A stretch of 64,000 nt of DNA. Origin: an uncultured Gemmatimonadales bacterium. GTDB taxonomy: Bacteria > Gemmatimonadota > Gemmatimonadetes > Longimicrobiales > RSA9. Positions within the stretch are counted from its first letter, which is position 1. Each line of letters begins with the position of its first letter. This document shows, in pieces, positions 1 to 9,623 of this stretch. Position numbers and translations under genes: made by a program. The stretch spans positions 1,152,001 to 1,216,000 of the forward strand of contig CAWCRS010000007.1 in assembly GCA_963798085.1 (NCBI GenBank), in the 5' to 3' direction. The notes beneath the pieces were generated by a model. That model searched no databases. It saw only the letters and a list, made by a program, of their open reading frames with translations, and was not told the origin of the DNA.

Positions 1-1219
1 GGTCGACGAACGCGTAGGCCGTGAGCAGCAGCACCACCAGATTGGGCCGCGCAACCACGGCCAGGAAGTAGGCCAGCAGTCCAAAGACCACCACCAGCAA
101 CTGCATGAGATGGCGGCGCAGGCTTTCCCTGATGCGGAGGAACGGTGCCACGCCATCCTCGATGGTGATCGAACCGGCCGCGTGCAGCAGTGCATCGCCC
201 GTCGACATGGAAGCCGCCAGCGCGCCCGCGCAGAACAGGCCGACAACGACTGCGGGCATGCCCGACTGCAGCAGCACGTGCGGCAGAATGAAGTCGGCCG
301 TGGCCGGCCGCGGCGTGAACAACACGCCCGCGAAGCCCACCAGCAGCAGCGGAATCAGGAACAGCTGGAATGTCGGATAGAGCACCACGGTGCGCCGCAG
401 CGTGCGATCGTCGCGCGCATTGAACGCCTTCATGAACAGGTGCGGCCACACCACGAAGCCCAGCGCCGAGGAGAGGATCGCCGTGGAGTAGGCGCCCCAG
501 CTCCAGGTATGGCCCGCCGCATCGAGTCCGGGCAGCAGCAGCATCTCGGGGCGCGCGGCCGCTATGCGCTGGAACATGGGGCCAACGCCGCCGTACAGCG
601 CGTGCGGCACATACAGTCCCAGGCCCCACGCCACCGCGATCATGATGGCGCCCTCGAACACGTTGGTCCATCCCACCGCCGAGGCGCCGCCGATGAGCAC
701 GTACAGCACCACCACGAAGTAGGACAGCGCCGCGCCCGCCCAGAACGGAATGTGATTCGCCGTCACCGCGCTGAAGACGATGCCCGCGCCGCTCATCTGC
801 AGCATGATGTAGGGAATGAACGAGCCCACGGCAATGACGGCCATGAGGAGAGAAAGCGCGCGACTGGGGAAACGCCCTGTTACCAGCTGCGCCTGCGTCA
901 CGAATCCCTTGCGCCGGCCCAGCCTCGCCGTGCGCGGGCCCACGAAATACCAGGGCGAAACGCCCAGCACGCCGTAGCTCAGGATGTAGAGCACCGCCAC
1001 GCCCCGGGAATACGCCCAGCCCGGTCCGCCCAGGAACGCGAACGCGCTGAAGACCGTGCCGCCGATCACGAAATACATGGACAGCAGACCGAAGCGCCGG
1101 TCTGCAGCCACGTAGCCCGTGACGCCGTGGCTCACCCTGCGGCCTGCTAACAGCCCGATACCCAGGGCCAGCACCAGGTAGCCCAGCACGATCGTCGTGA
1201 TCAGCTGCCAGCGTTCCAT
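1..1219 (-). CDS. Sodium:solute symporter (SSS family), runs off the window start
   Basis: Hand translation from ATG at 1219: MERWQLITTIVLGYLVLALGIGLLAGRR...YVAADRRFG...FSAFAFLGGPGWAYSRG, a typical SSS N-terminus; hydrophobic throughout; not in the ORF track because it has no stop in the window. Confidence 0.88.
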   Translation of the reverse strand, partial: MERWQLITTIVLGYLVLALGIGLLAGRRVSHGVTGYVAADRRFGLLSMYFVIGGTVFSAFAFLGGPGWAYSRGVAVLYILSYGVLGVSPWYFVGPRTARLGRRKGFVTQAQLVTGRFPSRALSLLMAVIAVGSFIPYIMLQMSGAGIVFSAVTANHIPFWAGAALSYFVVVLYVLIGGASAVGWTNVFEGAIMIAVAWGLGLYVPHALYGGVGPMFQRIAAARPEMLLLPGLDAAGHTWSWGAYSTAILSSALGFVVWPHLFMKAFNARDDRTLRRTVVLYPTFQLFLIPLLLVGFAGVLFTPRPATADFILPHVLLQSGMPAVVVGLFCAGALAASMSTGDALLHAAGSITIEDGVAPFLRIRESLRRHLMQLLVVVFGLLAYFLAVVARPNLVVLLLTAYAFVD

Positions 1220-1240
1220 GTCAATCGCCGGTTGGAGGGC

Positions 1241-1486
1241 TCACTGCGGGGGAATGCGTTCCTCTGCCGCGGCGGCTTCATTCTCCGCGCGCGTCTGCGC
1301 CAGCTCCATGATGAGCAGCACGAAGAAGCCCAGTGCCACCCAGGCTGCGACCCAGATCATCACGAAGGGCATGCCGAACACACGCGGCTCGATGCGGTTG
1401 AACGGCAGGATGGCCGGGAACGTGAGGAAGAACGCTGATGCCACGATGTACGCGACGACGAGGCGTCGGGCCGCCGGCGCGCTCAC
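1241..1486 (-). CDS. Small two-TM symporter accessory protein (DUF3311-like)
   Basis: 81 aa with PFNRIEPRVFGMPF..W motif, directly upstream of an SSS gene. Confidence 0.75.
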   Translation of the reverse strand: MSAPAARRLVVAYIVASAFFLTFPAILPFNRIEPRVFGMPFVMIWVAAWVALGFFVLLIMELAQTRAENEAAAAEERIPPQ

Positions 1487-1722
1487 CGCTTCACCTCGCG
1501 CAGCGCGCGCGCGGCCGCTTCCAGTGATGCGCTGAGCTCGTCGATCAGCACGCGCGTGGCCGATAGTGTCAGACCTTCCGCACCCATCTGGGTGCGCAGC
1601 ATGCGGATCTTGCGCGCCGCGTGCTCCAGCCGCTCGATCGGATTCAGGTCGCCGCCCTCATCACCGAACGGATTCGAGCGACGCGATCCCGCCGCCTCAT
1701 CTTCGCCGAACGGATTCTTCAT
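1483..1722 (-). CDS. Hypothetical 79 aa protein with duplicated NPFG motif and helical C-terminus
   Basis: ATG preceded by GAGG; 4-nt overlap with the next gene; MKNPFGED...SNPFGDE. Confidence 0.65.
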   Translation of the reverse strand: MKNPFGEDEAAGSRRSNPFGDEGGDLNPIERLEHAARKIRMLRTQMGAEGLTLSATRVLIDELSASLEAAARALREVKR

Positions 1723-1757
1723 GCCGCCTCCGTGTGCGTGCGGTTGTGGCTTCGCGA

Positions 1758-2540
1758 CTAGCGTCCGCGGAACCCGGGCGGGCGCTTTTCCAGGAACGCG
1801 CGCACGCCCTCGACGCGATCTTCGCTCGCGAACGCGCTGATGAACAGCTCGCGCTCCTGCGCCAGGCCCGCGCTCAGCGGCGCTTCCATGGCGGCGCGCA
1901 CCGCCGTCTTCGCCAGCTCCAGCGCTACGGGCGAGAATCCCGCCAGCGTGTGCGCGATGGTCATCGTGCTTTCACGCAGTGCCGCATCATCGAAAACCCA
2001 TTCGACCAGCCCGATGCGCTCGGCCTCGGCCGCGTCGATCAGCTCGCCCGTCAGAACCAGCCGCATTGCACGCCCGAAGCCCACCAGCCGCGGCAGTCGC
2101 TGCGTGCCGCCGCCACCGGGAAGCAGACCCAGCCGGATCTCCGGCTGGCCGAGCTTCGCCGAGCGTGCGGCCGTGCGCAGATCGCACGCCAGTGCCACTT
2201 CGCACCCGCCGCCCAGGGCGAAGCCGTTGATCATGGCGATGGTCGGGCGCGGAAACGCCGCGATCTCCTCGAACAGCCGCCGTCCCGTCATGGTGGCACG
2301 CTGCTCGACCGGCGTACGCTCCGCGAATTCGCTGATGTCCGCGCCCGCGATGAACGCCTTGTCGCCCGCGCCGGTGAATACCACGACACGGGTTTCCGCA
2401 TCATCACGCAGCGCAGCCAGTGCCCGGACCACTTCGTCCCGCACCATCGCGTTCAGCGCATTGCGCTTGTCCGGCCGATTGATGATGATCGTGGCTACAT
2501 GCCGGTCCCGCTCGACGAGCAGTGTTTCGAAAGGCATCAC
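1758..2540 (-). CDS. Enoyl-CoA hydratase (crotonase/PaaF-like)
   Basis: AFIAGADI, GGGCE and QPEIRLG motifs with both catalytic Glu. Confidence 0.9.
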   Translation of the reverse strand: MMPFETLLVERDRHVATIIINRPDKRNALNAMVRDEVVRALAALRDDAETRVVVFTGAGDKAFIAGADISEFAERTPVEQRATMTGRRLFEEIAAFPRPTIAMINGFALGGGCEVALACDLRTAARSAKLGQPEIRLGLLPGGGGTQRLPRLVGFGRAMRLVLTGELIDAAEAERIGLVEWVFDDAALRESTMTIAHTLAGFSPVALELAKTAVRAAMEAPLSAGLAQERELFISAFASEDRVEGVRAFLEKRPPGFRGR

Positions 2541-3403
2541 GCGCCCGCCGTCCAGCGGTAGAACCCTTCACCGGTCTTCTTTCCCAGCTTGCCCTGCGCC
2601 ACCATGTCCTGCAGGATGCGCGGCGGGCGGAACTGCTCGGCGCCCAGCTGCTCGAACAGGTAGTTAGCTATGTCCAGGCGCACGTCCAGACCCACCAGGT
2701 CAGTGAGGCGCAGCGGCCCCATGGGGTGGCGGTAACCGAGTTCCATCGCCTTGTCGATGTCTTCCGCACTGGCCACGCCCTGTTCCACCATGCGCATTGC
2801 TTCCAGGCCGAGGAGCACACCCAGCCGCGAGGTCGCGAAACCGGGCGAATCGTTCACCACGATCGGCTCCTTGCCCAGACCGCGCACGAACCAGAGTGCA
2901 CGCGCCACCGTGTCCTCGCTCGTGGCGAGGCCGCGCACCAGCTCTACCAGCTTGTTGATGTGCACCGGATTGAAGAAGTGCAGGCCCACGACCTGCTCCG
3001 GGTGTGTGAGACCCCGCTGCAGCTCACTGATGCTCAGGCTCAATGTGTTGCTGGCCAGCACCGCCCGACCCGCAGTGGCCGCATCCACCGTGCGCAGCAG
3101 CGCCTGTTTCAGCTCCATCCGCTCGGGCACCGCTTCGATGACGAAGTCCGCATCCACGGCCGCCGCGCCCGCGTCCACGTCAGCGCGCACCCTCGCCAGG
3201 GCTGCGTCGCGCTCCTGAACACTGAGTTTGCCGCGCGCCACACCACCCTCGAGGTTCTCCCGGATGCGCTCGAGGCCGTGCCGCGCCAGCTCGATCCTGA
3301 TGTCCACCAGCGTTACCTTGTGCCCGGCCTGCGCTGCCACCTGCGCAATGCCGTGGCCCATGGTTCCGGCGCCCACCACCAGGACGTTGAACGTTTCTGC
3401 CAT
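2537..3403 (-). CDS. 3-hydroxyacyl-CoA dehydrogenase (PaaH/Hbd-like)
   Basis: GAGTMG Rossmann motif, EAVPE, GLHFFNP, PMGP..L.D..GLD. Confidence 0.92.
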   Translation of the reverse strand: MAETFNVLVVGAGTMGHGIAQVAAQAGHKVTLVDIRIELARHGLERIRENLEGGVARGKLSVQERDAALARVRADVDAGAAAVDADFVIEAVPERMELKQALLRTVDAATAGRAVLASNTLSLSISELQRGLTHPEQVVGLHFFNPVHINKLVELVRGLATSEDTVARALWFVRGLGKEPIVVNDSPGFATSRLGVLLGLEAMRMVEQGVASAEDIDKAMELGYRHPMGPLRLTDLVGLDVRLDIANYLFEQLGAEQFRPPRILQDMVAQGKLGKKTGEGFYRWTAGA

Positions 3404-4215
3404 CAGCGTGTGCGGGCAGGTGAGGGCTTCCGGTTGAAGCGCGGACTGCGCTTCTCCAGGAACGCGTGCAGTCCCTCGCGGAAATCATCGGAGCGGAATG
3501 CACGCAGCTGCGCCTGCACCTCCATTTCGAGCATCTCGTGCAGCGGCGCCGTCGAGCTGTGGCGCAGTGCGCGCTTGGCATCGGCCAGCACCTGTGCCGG
3601 TGCGCCGGCGATCTGTCCGGCAATGCCGCGCGCAGCCGTTTCCAGCTCGGCGGCAGGCACCACGCGGTTGAACAGACCCAGCCGCTCACAGCGCTCGGCG
3701 TTGATCATGCCGCCCGTGTAAATGGCCTCGGCGGCCACCGCCATGCCCACGAGGCGAGGCAGGAAATAACTGCCGCCCCAGTCAGGGTGCAGGCCGACGC
3801 GCAGGAAGGTGAGCCCGATGGATGCGGTTTCACTGGCCACGCGCAGATCGCAGGCCAGCGCCAGGCAGGCGCCGGCGCCGGCTGCGGGGCCGTTCACCGC
3901 CGCCATCACCGGCTTGCCCATGTTCTCAATGTACGAGACCACGTTGGCTCCCGCGCGCACCAGCGCCTCGAAGCGCGCTTCGTCGTTGGCATCCACCAGC
4001 TCGGACATGACGCTGATGTCGCCGCCAGTCGAAAACGCGCGCCCCACACCGGTGATGATCACGCAGCGAACATCGCTGTTCCGCTCGTGTGTCTCGAGCG
4101 CCGCGAGAATGTCGTTGCGCATGCCTTCCGCGAACGCATTCAGCCGCTCCGGCCGGTTGATGCGGATCCAGCCGAGTGCGCCCTCGGCCTCGACCAGCAC
4201 CTTGTCCGTGCTCAT
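3403..4215 (-). CDS. Enoyl-CoA hydratase/isomerase, PaaG-like
   Basis: NRPERLNA, AAGAGA.LALACD, GLHPDWG (Asp-type, as in PaaG); ATG at 4215 overlaps the thiolase stop. Confidence 0.8.
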   Translation of the reverse strand: MSTDKVLVEAEGALGWIRINRPERLNAFAEGMRNDILAALETHERNSDVRCVIITGVGRAFSTGGDISVMSELVDANDEARFEALVRAGANVVSYIENMGKPVMAAVNGPAAGAGACLALACDLRVASETASIGLTFLRVGLHPDWGGSYFLPRLVGMAVAAEAIYTGGMINAERCERLGLFNRVVPAAELETAARGIAGQIAGAPAQVLADAKRALRHSSTAPLHEMLEMEVQAQLRAFRSDDFREGLHAFLEKRSPRFNRKPSPARTR

Positions 4216-5414
4216 GCGAACACCTCCACGATCGTGGCAATGCCCTGGCCGACGCCAATGCACATCGTGGCCAGACCCACGCCGCCGCCCCGCCGGCGCA
4301 GCTCGTGCACCAGCGTAGTGAGGATGCGTGCGCCCGAGCAGCCCAGCGGGTGCCCGAGCGCAATGGCGCCACCGTTCACGTTCACACGTGCCGGGTCGAG
4401 CCCCAGCTCACGCATGCACGGAATCGATTGTGCCGCGAACGCCTCGTTGATTTCCGCGAGGACGATGTCCTCGATGCCAAGCCCTGCCCGCCGCAACGCG
4501 ATTCGCGTGGCAGGAACCGGGCCCATGCCCATGTACTGCGGCTCAATGCCGGCAACCGCGCTGCTCACCACGCGCGCCAGGGGCGTCATGCCCAGTGCGC
4601 GCGCGCGTGCAGCCTCCATCAGCAGCAGTGCGGCGGCGCCGTCATTGAGGCCCGAGGAATTGCCGGCCGTGACGGTGCCGCCTTCCCGAAAGGCCGGCCG
4701 CAGTCGCGCCAGCTTTTCCAGTGTCGTATCCGGGCGAGGGTGCTCGTCGCGGGCCACCGTCTGACTTTGTCCTTTCGGACCCGGGACCGTGACCGGCACC
4801 AGCTCGGCCGCAGAACGACCGGCCGTCATCGCCGCGCTCGCACGCTGCTGGCTCTCCAGCGCGAACGCATCCTGGGCGTCACGCGTCACGCCGTACTTCT
4901 CCGCCACCAGCTCGGCGGTCTCGCCCAGCGAAACGGTGTAAATGTCGGGGAAACGCGAATTGGTGAAGCGCCAGCCCAACACGCTGTCAGCCACACGCGG
5001 CGCGCCCCGCGCATAGGCTTCTTCCGGCTTGAGCATCACCCAGGGTGCGCGACTCATCGATTCCACGCCGCCCGCCAGGAATACATCGCCTTCACCCGCG
5101 CGAATCGCGTGCGCCGCCGAGTTGATGGCCTGCAGCCCGGACCCGCACAGGCGGTTCACGGTCTGGCCCGGCACGGTGACCGGAAGACCCGCGAGCAGTG
5201 CCGCCATGCGAGCCACGTTGCGATTGTCTTCGCCTGCCTGATTGGTGCAGCCCAGAATCACGTCATCGACGGTTGCACCATCGATGCCGGTCCGGCTCAG
5301 AACTGCCTGGAGGATGTGCGCGCCGAGATCATCGGGGCGGACGCCGGCGAGCGCGCCGCCGTACCGTCCCACCGGCGTGCGGGCTGCGTCGACGATCCAC
5401 GCTTCGCCGGCCAT
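4212..5414 (-). CDS. Thiolase, PaaJ/PcaF (3-oxoadipyl-CoA thiolase)-like
   Basis: NQAGEDNRNVARM, NRLCGSG, NEAFA, GHPLG, CIGVGQG motifs. Confidence 0.9.
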   Translation of the reverse strand: MAGEAWIVDAARTPVGRYGGALAGVRPDDLGAHILQAVLSRTGIDGATVDDVILGCTNQAGEDNRNVARMAALLAGLPVTVPGQTVNRLCGSGLQAINSAAHAIRAGEGDVFLAGGVESMSRAPWVMLKPEEAYARGAPRVADSVLGWRFTNSRFPDIYTVSLGETAELVAEKYGVTRDAQDAFALESQQRASAAMTAGRSAAELVPVTVPGPKGQSQTVARDEHPRPDTTLEKLARLRPAFREGGTVTAGNSSGLNDGAAALLLMEAARARALGMTPLARVVSSAVAGIEPQYMGMGPVPATRIALRRAGLGIEDIVLAEINEAFAAQSIPCMRELGLDPARVNVNGGAIALGHPLGCSGARILTTLVHELRRRGGGVGLATMCIGVGQGIATIVEVFA

Positions 5415-5424
5415 GTCGTGCGGA

Positions 5425-6897
5425 TCAGTTCAGATCCACCCACACGCTCTTGATCTGCGTGTAGAGATCCAGTGCGTAGCGACCCAGTTCCCGGCCGTAA
5501 CCCGATTGTTTGTAGCCGCCAAAAGGCGAAGCCGCGTCCAGTGGGTGATAGGTGTTGATCCAGACAGTGCCGGCCTGCACGCGCCGCGCGAAGCGGTGCG
5601 CCTTCTTGATGTCGCGGGTCCACACGGCCGCGGCCAGCCCGTAGATGGTGTCGTTGGCAAGCGCGATGGCCTCCTCCTCGTCCTCGAAGGTGAGCGCCGC
5701 CAGCACCGGTCCGAAAATCTCCTCCTGCGCGATCACGTGCCCGGGCTGCACCGCGTCGAACACCGTCGGCTCGAGCCAGTAGCCGCGCGCCTCGCCACCG
5801 TACAGTGCCCGCTTCCCGCCGACCAGCAGGTTCGCGCCCTCGCGCCGGCCCTGCTCAATGTACCCTTGTACGCGCGTCAGCTGCTCCTCCGAAATGAGCG
5901 GACCCATGCGCGTCTTCGGATCGAGCGGGTCGCCCGGCTGCAGCTTGCGGGCTCGCTCCACGATCTGTGCCAGCAGTGCTTCCTTGATCGATGCCGCCAC
6001 CAGCAGGCGGGAACCGGCCGTGCAGGCCTGGCCCATGTTGTAGAAGATGCCGGCAAAGGCGCCTCTGGCCGCGGCATCCACGTCGGCATCTGCTAACACG
6101 ATATTCGGGGACTTGCCGCCCAGCTCGAGCGAGACGCGCTTCAGCGTGGCCGCCGCCTCCCGCATGATGATCTTGCCCACCGCCGTCGAGCCGGTGAATG
6201 CCACCTTGTCCACGCCCGGATGCCGCACCAGGGCCGCGCCCGCGGTCTCGCCGAAGCCCGGCAGGACATTGAGCACCCCCGCCGGAAGTCCCGCTTCCGT
6301 GGCAATGGCCGCCAGCTCGAGTGCGGTCAGCGGCGTCTGCTCGGCCGGCTTCAGTACCACGGTGTTACCACAGGCCAGCGCCGGTGCCACCTTCCACGCG
6401 GCCATGAGCAGCGGGAAGTTCCACGGGATGATGGCGCCCACCACACCCAGCGGCTCGCGCAGCGTGTAGTTCAGGATGTTGCCGCGTACCGGGATGGTTT
6501 CGCCTTCCAGCTTGGTGGTCCAGCCCGCGTAATAGCGGAAGGCGTCGATCGTTTCGCGCAGATCGATCTGGGCTTCGCGGATGGGCTTGCCGTTGTCGAT
6601 GACTTCGAGCCGGGCCAGCGTGTCGGCGCGCGCCTCGATCAGGTCACTGATCCTCCAGAGCAGCGCACCCCGGTCTGCCGCATCCATGCGGCTCCACGGC
6701 CCTTCGTATGCCTTGCGCGCCGCGCCGACAGCGGCATCGACATCCGCGGCGCCCGCTTCGGCGATCTCGGCAATCACTTCGCCGGTCGCTGGATTGCGCG
6801 TCTCGAAGCGGTCGCCGCTGGCCGCGTCGACCCAGGCGCCGTCCACGAACAGGCGGTTCGGTGCCGCCCGCTCGACCGGAAGGCTGGTCGTTGCCAT
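5425..6897 (-). CDS. NAD(P)-dependent aldehyde dehydrogenase
   Basis: PWNFP, FTGST, ELGGKSP, catalytic Cys in GQAC, EEIFGP. Confidence 0.93.
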   Translation of the reverse strand: MATTSLPVERAAPNRLFVDGAWVDAASGDRFETRNPATGEVIAEIAEAGAADVDAAVGAARKAYEGPWSRMDAADRGALLWRISDLIEARADTLARLEVIDNGKPIREAQIDLRETIDAFRYYAGWTTKLEGETIPVRGNILNYTLREPLGVVGAIIPWNFPLLMAAWKVAPALACGNTVVLKPAEQTPLTALELAAIATEAGLPAGVLNVLPGFGETAGAALVRHPGVDKVAFTGSTAVGKIIMREAAATLKRVSLELGGKSPNIVLADADVDAAARGAFAGIFYNMGQACTAGSRLLVAASIKEALLAQIVERARKLQPGDPLDPKTRMGPLISEEQLTRVQGYIEQGRREGANLLVGGKRALYGGEARGYWLEPTVFDAVQPGHVIAQEEIFGPVLAALTFEDEEEAIALANDTIYGLAAAVWTRDIKKAHRFARRVQAGTVWINTYHPLDAASPFGGYKQSGYGRELGRYALDLYTQIKSVWVDLN

Positions 6898-6908
6898 GGC
6901 CCGGCCGC

Positions 6909-7736
6909 TCAGCGGGCCTTGAACTCCGGCTTGCGCTTCTCGATGTACGCTGCCAGGCCTTCCTTCGCGTCCCCGCTCTGGAAGAGCAGCTGCTGCAGCT
7001 CGCGCTCCACCGCCAGTGCATCCTGCAAAGGCAGTTCGCCGCCCGTCTGCACACTGCGCTTGATGTTGCCCACCGCCTTCGCCGCCTTGTTGGGCGGTGT
7101 GAACTGCCTGGCGTAGTCGAGGATGCGCGCCAGGAACTCGGCGCGGTTGCCGCCCTCGATGACATCGTTGACGATGCCCATGGACTGCGCCTCCTCGAAC
7201 TCGAACGTCCGCCCGGTGATCATCAGATCGATCGCCTTCGCCTTGCCGACCAGGCGGCAGAGACGCTGCGTGCCGCCAGTGCCCGGAAGCACGCCCAGCG
7301 TGACCTCGGGCAGGCCGATCTTGCCCCCGCCCTTGCGCGCAATACGCATGTCGGCCGCCATGGCGATCTCGAGTCCGCCGCCCACGGTGTGGCCGTTGAG
7401 CGCCGCGATCACCAGCTTGGGCGTCTGCTCCAGGCGGTTGAGCGTCTCGTTCGCATGCAGGCAGAAGTAGTACTTGAACTGCGGCGTCACGGTGTTGAGC
7501 ATCTGGATGTTCGCGCCCGCGCAGAAAAACTTCTCGCCCGCGCCGGTGAGCACCAGCACGTAGACGCTGTCATCCATGCGTGCCCGCAGAATCGCGGTGT
7601 CCAGGTCCTGCATCATCTCGTAGGTATAGGTATTGGCGGGCGGGTCGTCGAGCGTCAGGACCGCGACGCCATCTCTCGCCTCGTACGCCACAAGCGTCCT
7701 GCGATCGCTCATGGTTTCTTCTGCCACATGGGCCAT
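6909..7736 (-). CDS. Enoyl-CoA hydratase family protein, first gene of the operon
   Basis: FFCAGANI, GGGLE, LPEVTLG; strong RBS GAGGAGG upstream. Confidence 0.88.
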   Translation of the reverse strand: MAHVAEETMSDRRTLVAYEARDGVAVLTLDDPPANTYTYEMMQDLDTAILRARMDDSVYVLVLTGAGEKFFCAGANIQMLNTVTPQFKYYFCLHANETLNRLEQTPKLVIAALNGHTVGGGLEIAMAADMRIARKGGGKIGLPEVTLGVLPGTGGTQRLCRLVGKAKAIDLMITGRTFEFEEAQSMGIVNDVIEGGNRAEFLARILDYARQFTPPNKAAKAVGNIKRSVQTGGELPLQDALAVERELQQLLFQSGDAKEGLAAYIEKRKPEFKAR

Positions 7737-7839
7737 GTCATCCTCCTCTTTCCCGAATCAGGCGTGAAGCGCGCCGCGCGGCGGTGCGCCATCAAGTCAG
7801 GTGTCCCCATGCCCCTCGCGGGCCGGCGCGGGTGCGGCG

Positions 7840-7865
7840 AAAAAAAAGCTGGCGCGTCTGCCAGC
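7840..7865 (-). terminator. Candidate intrinsic terminator in the leader of the catabolic operon
   Basis: Minus strand reads GCTGGC-AGACGC-GCCAGC-TTTTTTTT (6-bp stem plus U8). Confidence 0.55.
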
Positions 7866-8212
7866 CTCGCCTCGGGTCGCCGCCAGTGCGCCGGCCTCGA
7901 CTTTCCGGCCGCGGAAGAGTACTCCGCAGGACCTCAGCCGTGCCCAGCGAGCAGCCCGGTGAACCTGAACCTGTGCTGACGCTCGGTCAAGTATGGACAG
8001 CCGTGAGCGCCGGGTGCGGCACGCGCGTATCAGCTTGCAGTGACTCACGCTCCGGCCGCATGAGCCGCTGTCGGGCGCGAGCGGAACAGGGCGCGTGACA
8101 CGGTTGCCGCCCGCATGGGAAATGCACTCGCTACTTCGGTGGCAGTCCACTACCTTGCGATGGGTATAGTGCTGTCGCGGAACCGCCGGAGCCCTCACCG
8201 GTAGGATCGATC

Positions 8213-9586
8213 ATGCCCTCATCTCCGATACGTGCGCTGTTCGTCATCATCGCCGTGATGCTGGGCACGCTCGCGGCCGCGGTCGTCGGCGTGGGCATGC
8301 TGCTGTCACACAAGCACGCGCCCGCGCCACCTTCCGCCGCGGTGTATCGCGTGCCGCTGAACGGTGTGATCGAGCTGGGACTCGCTCCCTTTGTCGAGCG
8401 CAGCCTGGCTGACGCCGCCAGGGCTGGTGCGCGCGCGATTGTCCTCGACATGGATACGCCCGGTGGCCGCATCAATGCGGCGGATCAGATCGTCAATGCC
8501 ATCCAGAAGAGCCCGGTGCCCGTCTACACCTTTGTCGATCGCCGCGCGTTCTCGGCGGGTGCTCTCATTGCGCTCGCCACACGCCGCATCTACATGAAGC
8601 CGGGCGCCGTGATCGGCGCTGCCACACCCGTGAACGGCAGCGGCGAGAAGGCGCCCGAGAAGATCGTGAGCGCCATGCGCAGCGAGATGCGTGCGCTGGC
8701 GGAGCAGCAGGGCCTCGATCCGCGCGTGGCGGAAGCGATGGTCGATGAAGACGTCGCCATCGACGGCGTCGTCGCCCAGGGCAAGCTGCTCACACTGACG
8801 ACAGACGAAGCCGTGAGGATCGGGTACGCACAGCCGGCTGCGGATCTGGATGGTGTGCTGGCGGCTGTCGGCGTGCCCGCGACCGAGGTGCACGACACGC
8901 AGATCAACTGGGCTGAATCGCTGGTGCGCTTCCTGTCCAACCCCGCCGTCGCGCCACTGCTCCTCGTGCTCGGCTTCCTGGGTGTGGTCATCGAAATCAA
9001 GGCGCACGCCTTCGGTCTGGCCGGTCTCATCGGCCTCGGCTCGCTGGGTCTCTTCTTCGGCAGTCGCTATCTCGTGGGCCTCGCCGGCATGGAAGAGATG
9101 ATCCTGCTGGGCGTCGGCATCCTGCTGCTCCTGCTCGAGGCGTTCGTCATTCCCGGCTTCGGCATCGCCGGCATTGCGGGCATCGCTGCGGTGGGCACGA
9201 GCATCTTCCTCAGCCTGCTCCCGCATTTCGCGACATCTGCGGACGTCGCCACCGCCGCCGGCGTCGTTTCCATTGCCGCCATCACGGTGGTGCTCATCGT
9301 GTGGGCACTGCTGCGCCATCTGCCGCGCAGCGGTCGGTTCGCGCGCTCCGGTCTCATGCTCGAAGAATCGACGAGTCGCGATGTCGGCTATCAGTCCGCC
9401 GAAGTGCGCCACGAACTGGTCGGCGCCGACGGCGTGGCGCTGACCGACCTGCGGCCGTCCGGCGTCGCAAAGATCGGTGAGGAGCGCGTCGACGTGGAGG
9501 CCGAGTCCAGCTGGATCAGCGCCGGTACGCCCGTGCGCGTGATGCGCTCGGAAGGCTACCGTCACATCGTGCGCGCGGTGCGCTGA
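8213..9586 (+). CDS. NfeD-family membrane-bound serine protease (YqeZ-like, long form)
   Basis: ClpP-like domain (DTPGG, AFSAG, GKLLTLT), TM bundle, C-terminal OB fold (TDLRPSG). Confidence 0.9.
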   Translation: MPSSPIRALFVIIAVMLGTLAAAVVGVGMLLSHKHAPAPPSAAVYRVPLNGVIELGLAPFVERSLADAARAGARAIVLDMDTPGGRINAADQIVNAIQKSPVPVYTFVDRRAFSAGALIALATRRIYMKPGAVIGAATPVNGSGEKAPEKIVSAMRSEMRALAEQQGLDPRVAEAMVDEDVAIDGVVAQGKLLTLTTDEAVRIGYAQPAADLDGVLAAVGVPATEVHDTQINWAESLVRFLSNPAVAPLLLVLGFLGVVIEIKAHAFGLAGLIGLGSLGLFFGSRYLVGLAGMEEMILLGVGILLLLLEAFVIPGFGIAGIAGIAAVGTSIFLSLLPHFATSADVATAAGVVSIAAITVVLIVWALLRHLPRSGRFARSGLMLEESTSRDVGYQSAEVRHELVGADGVALTDLRPSGVAKIGEERVDVEAESSWISAGTPVRVMRSEGYRHIVRAVR

Positions 9587-9623
9587 GCGCCGCGCACTTC
9601 AAATCATCGAAACGGAGCCACGG

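Noticed and set aside
7930..8025. Resemblance to 6S RNA or a TPP riboswitch (GAACCTGA, TTGACCGA...CAGGTTCA)
   Set aside because: The spacing is far too short for 6S and the TPP CTGAGA element is missing; kept only as an unclassified structured leader.
7797..8198. 133-aa ORF in the divergent intergenic region
   Set aside because: No recognisable motifs, Arg-rich composition typical of GC-rich non-coding frames, and it runs through the terminator.
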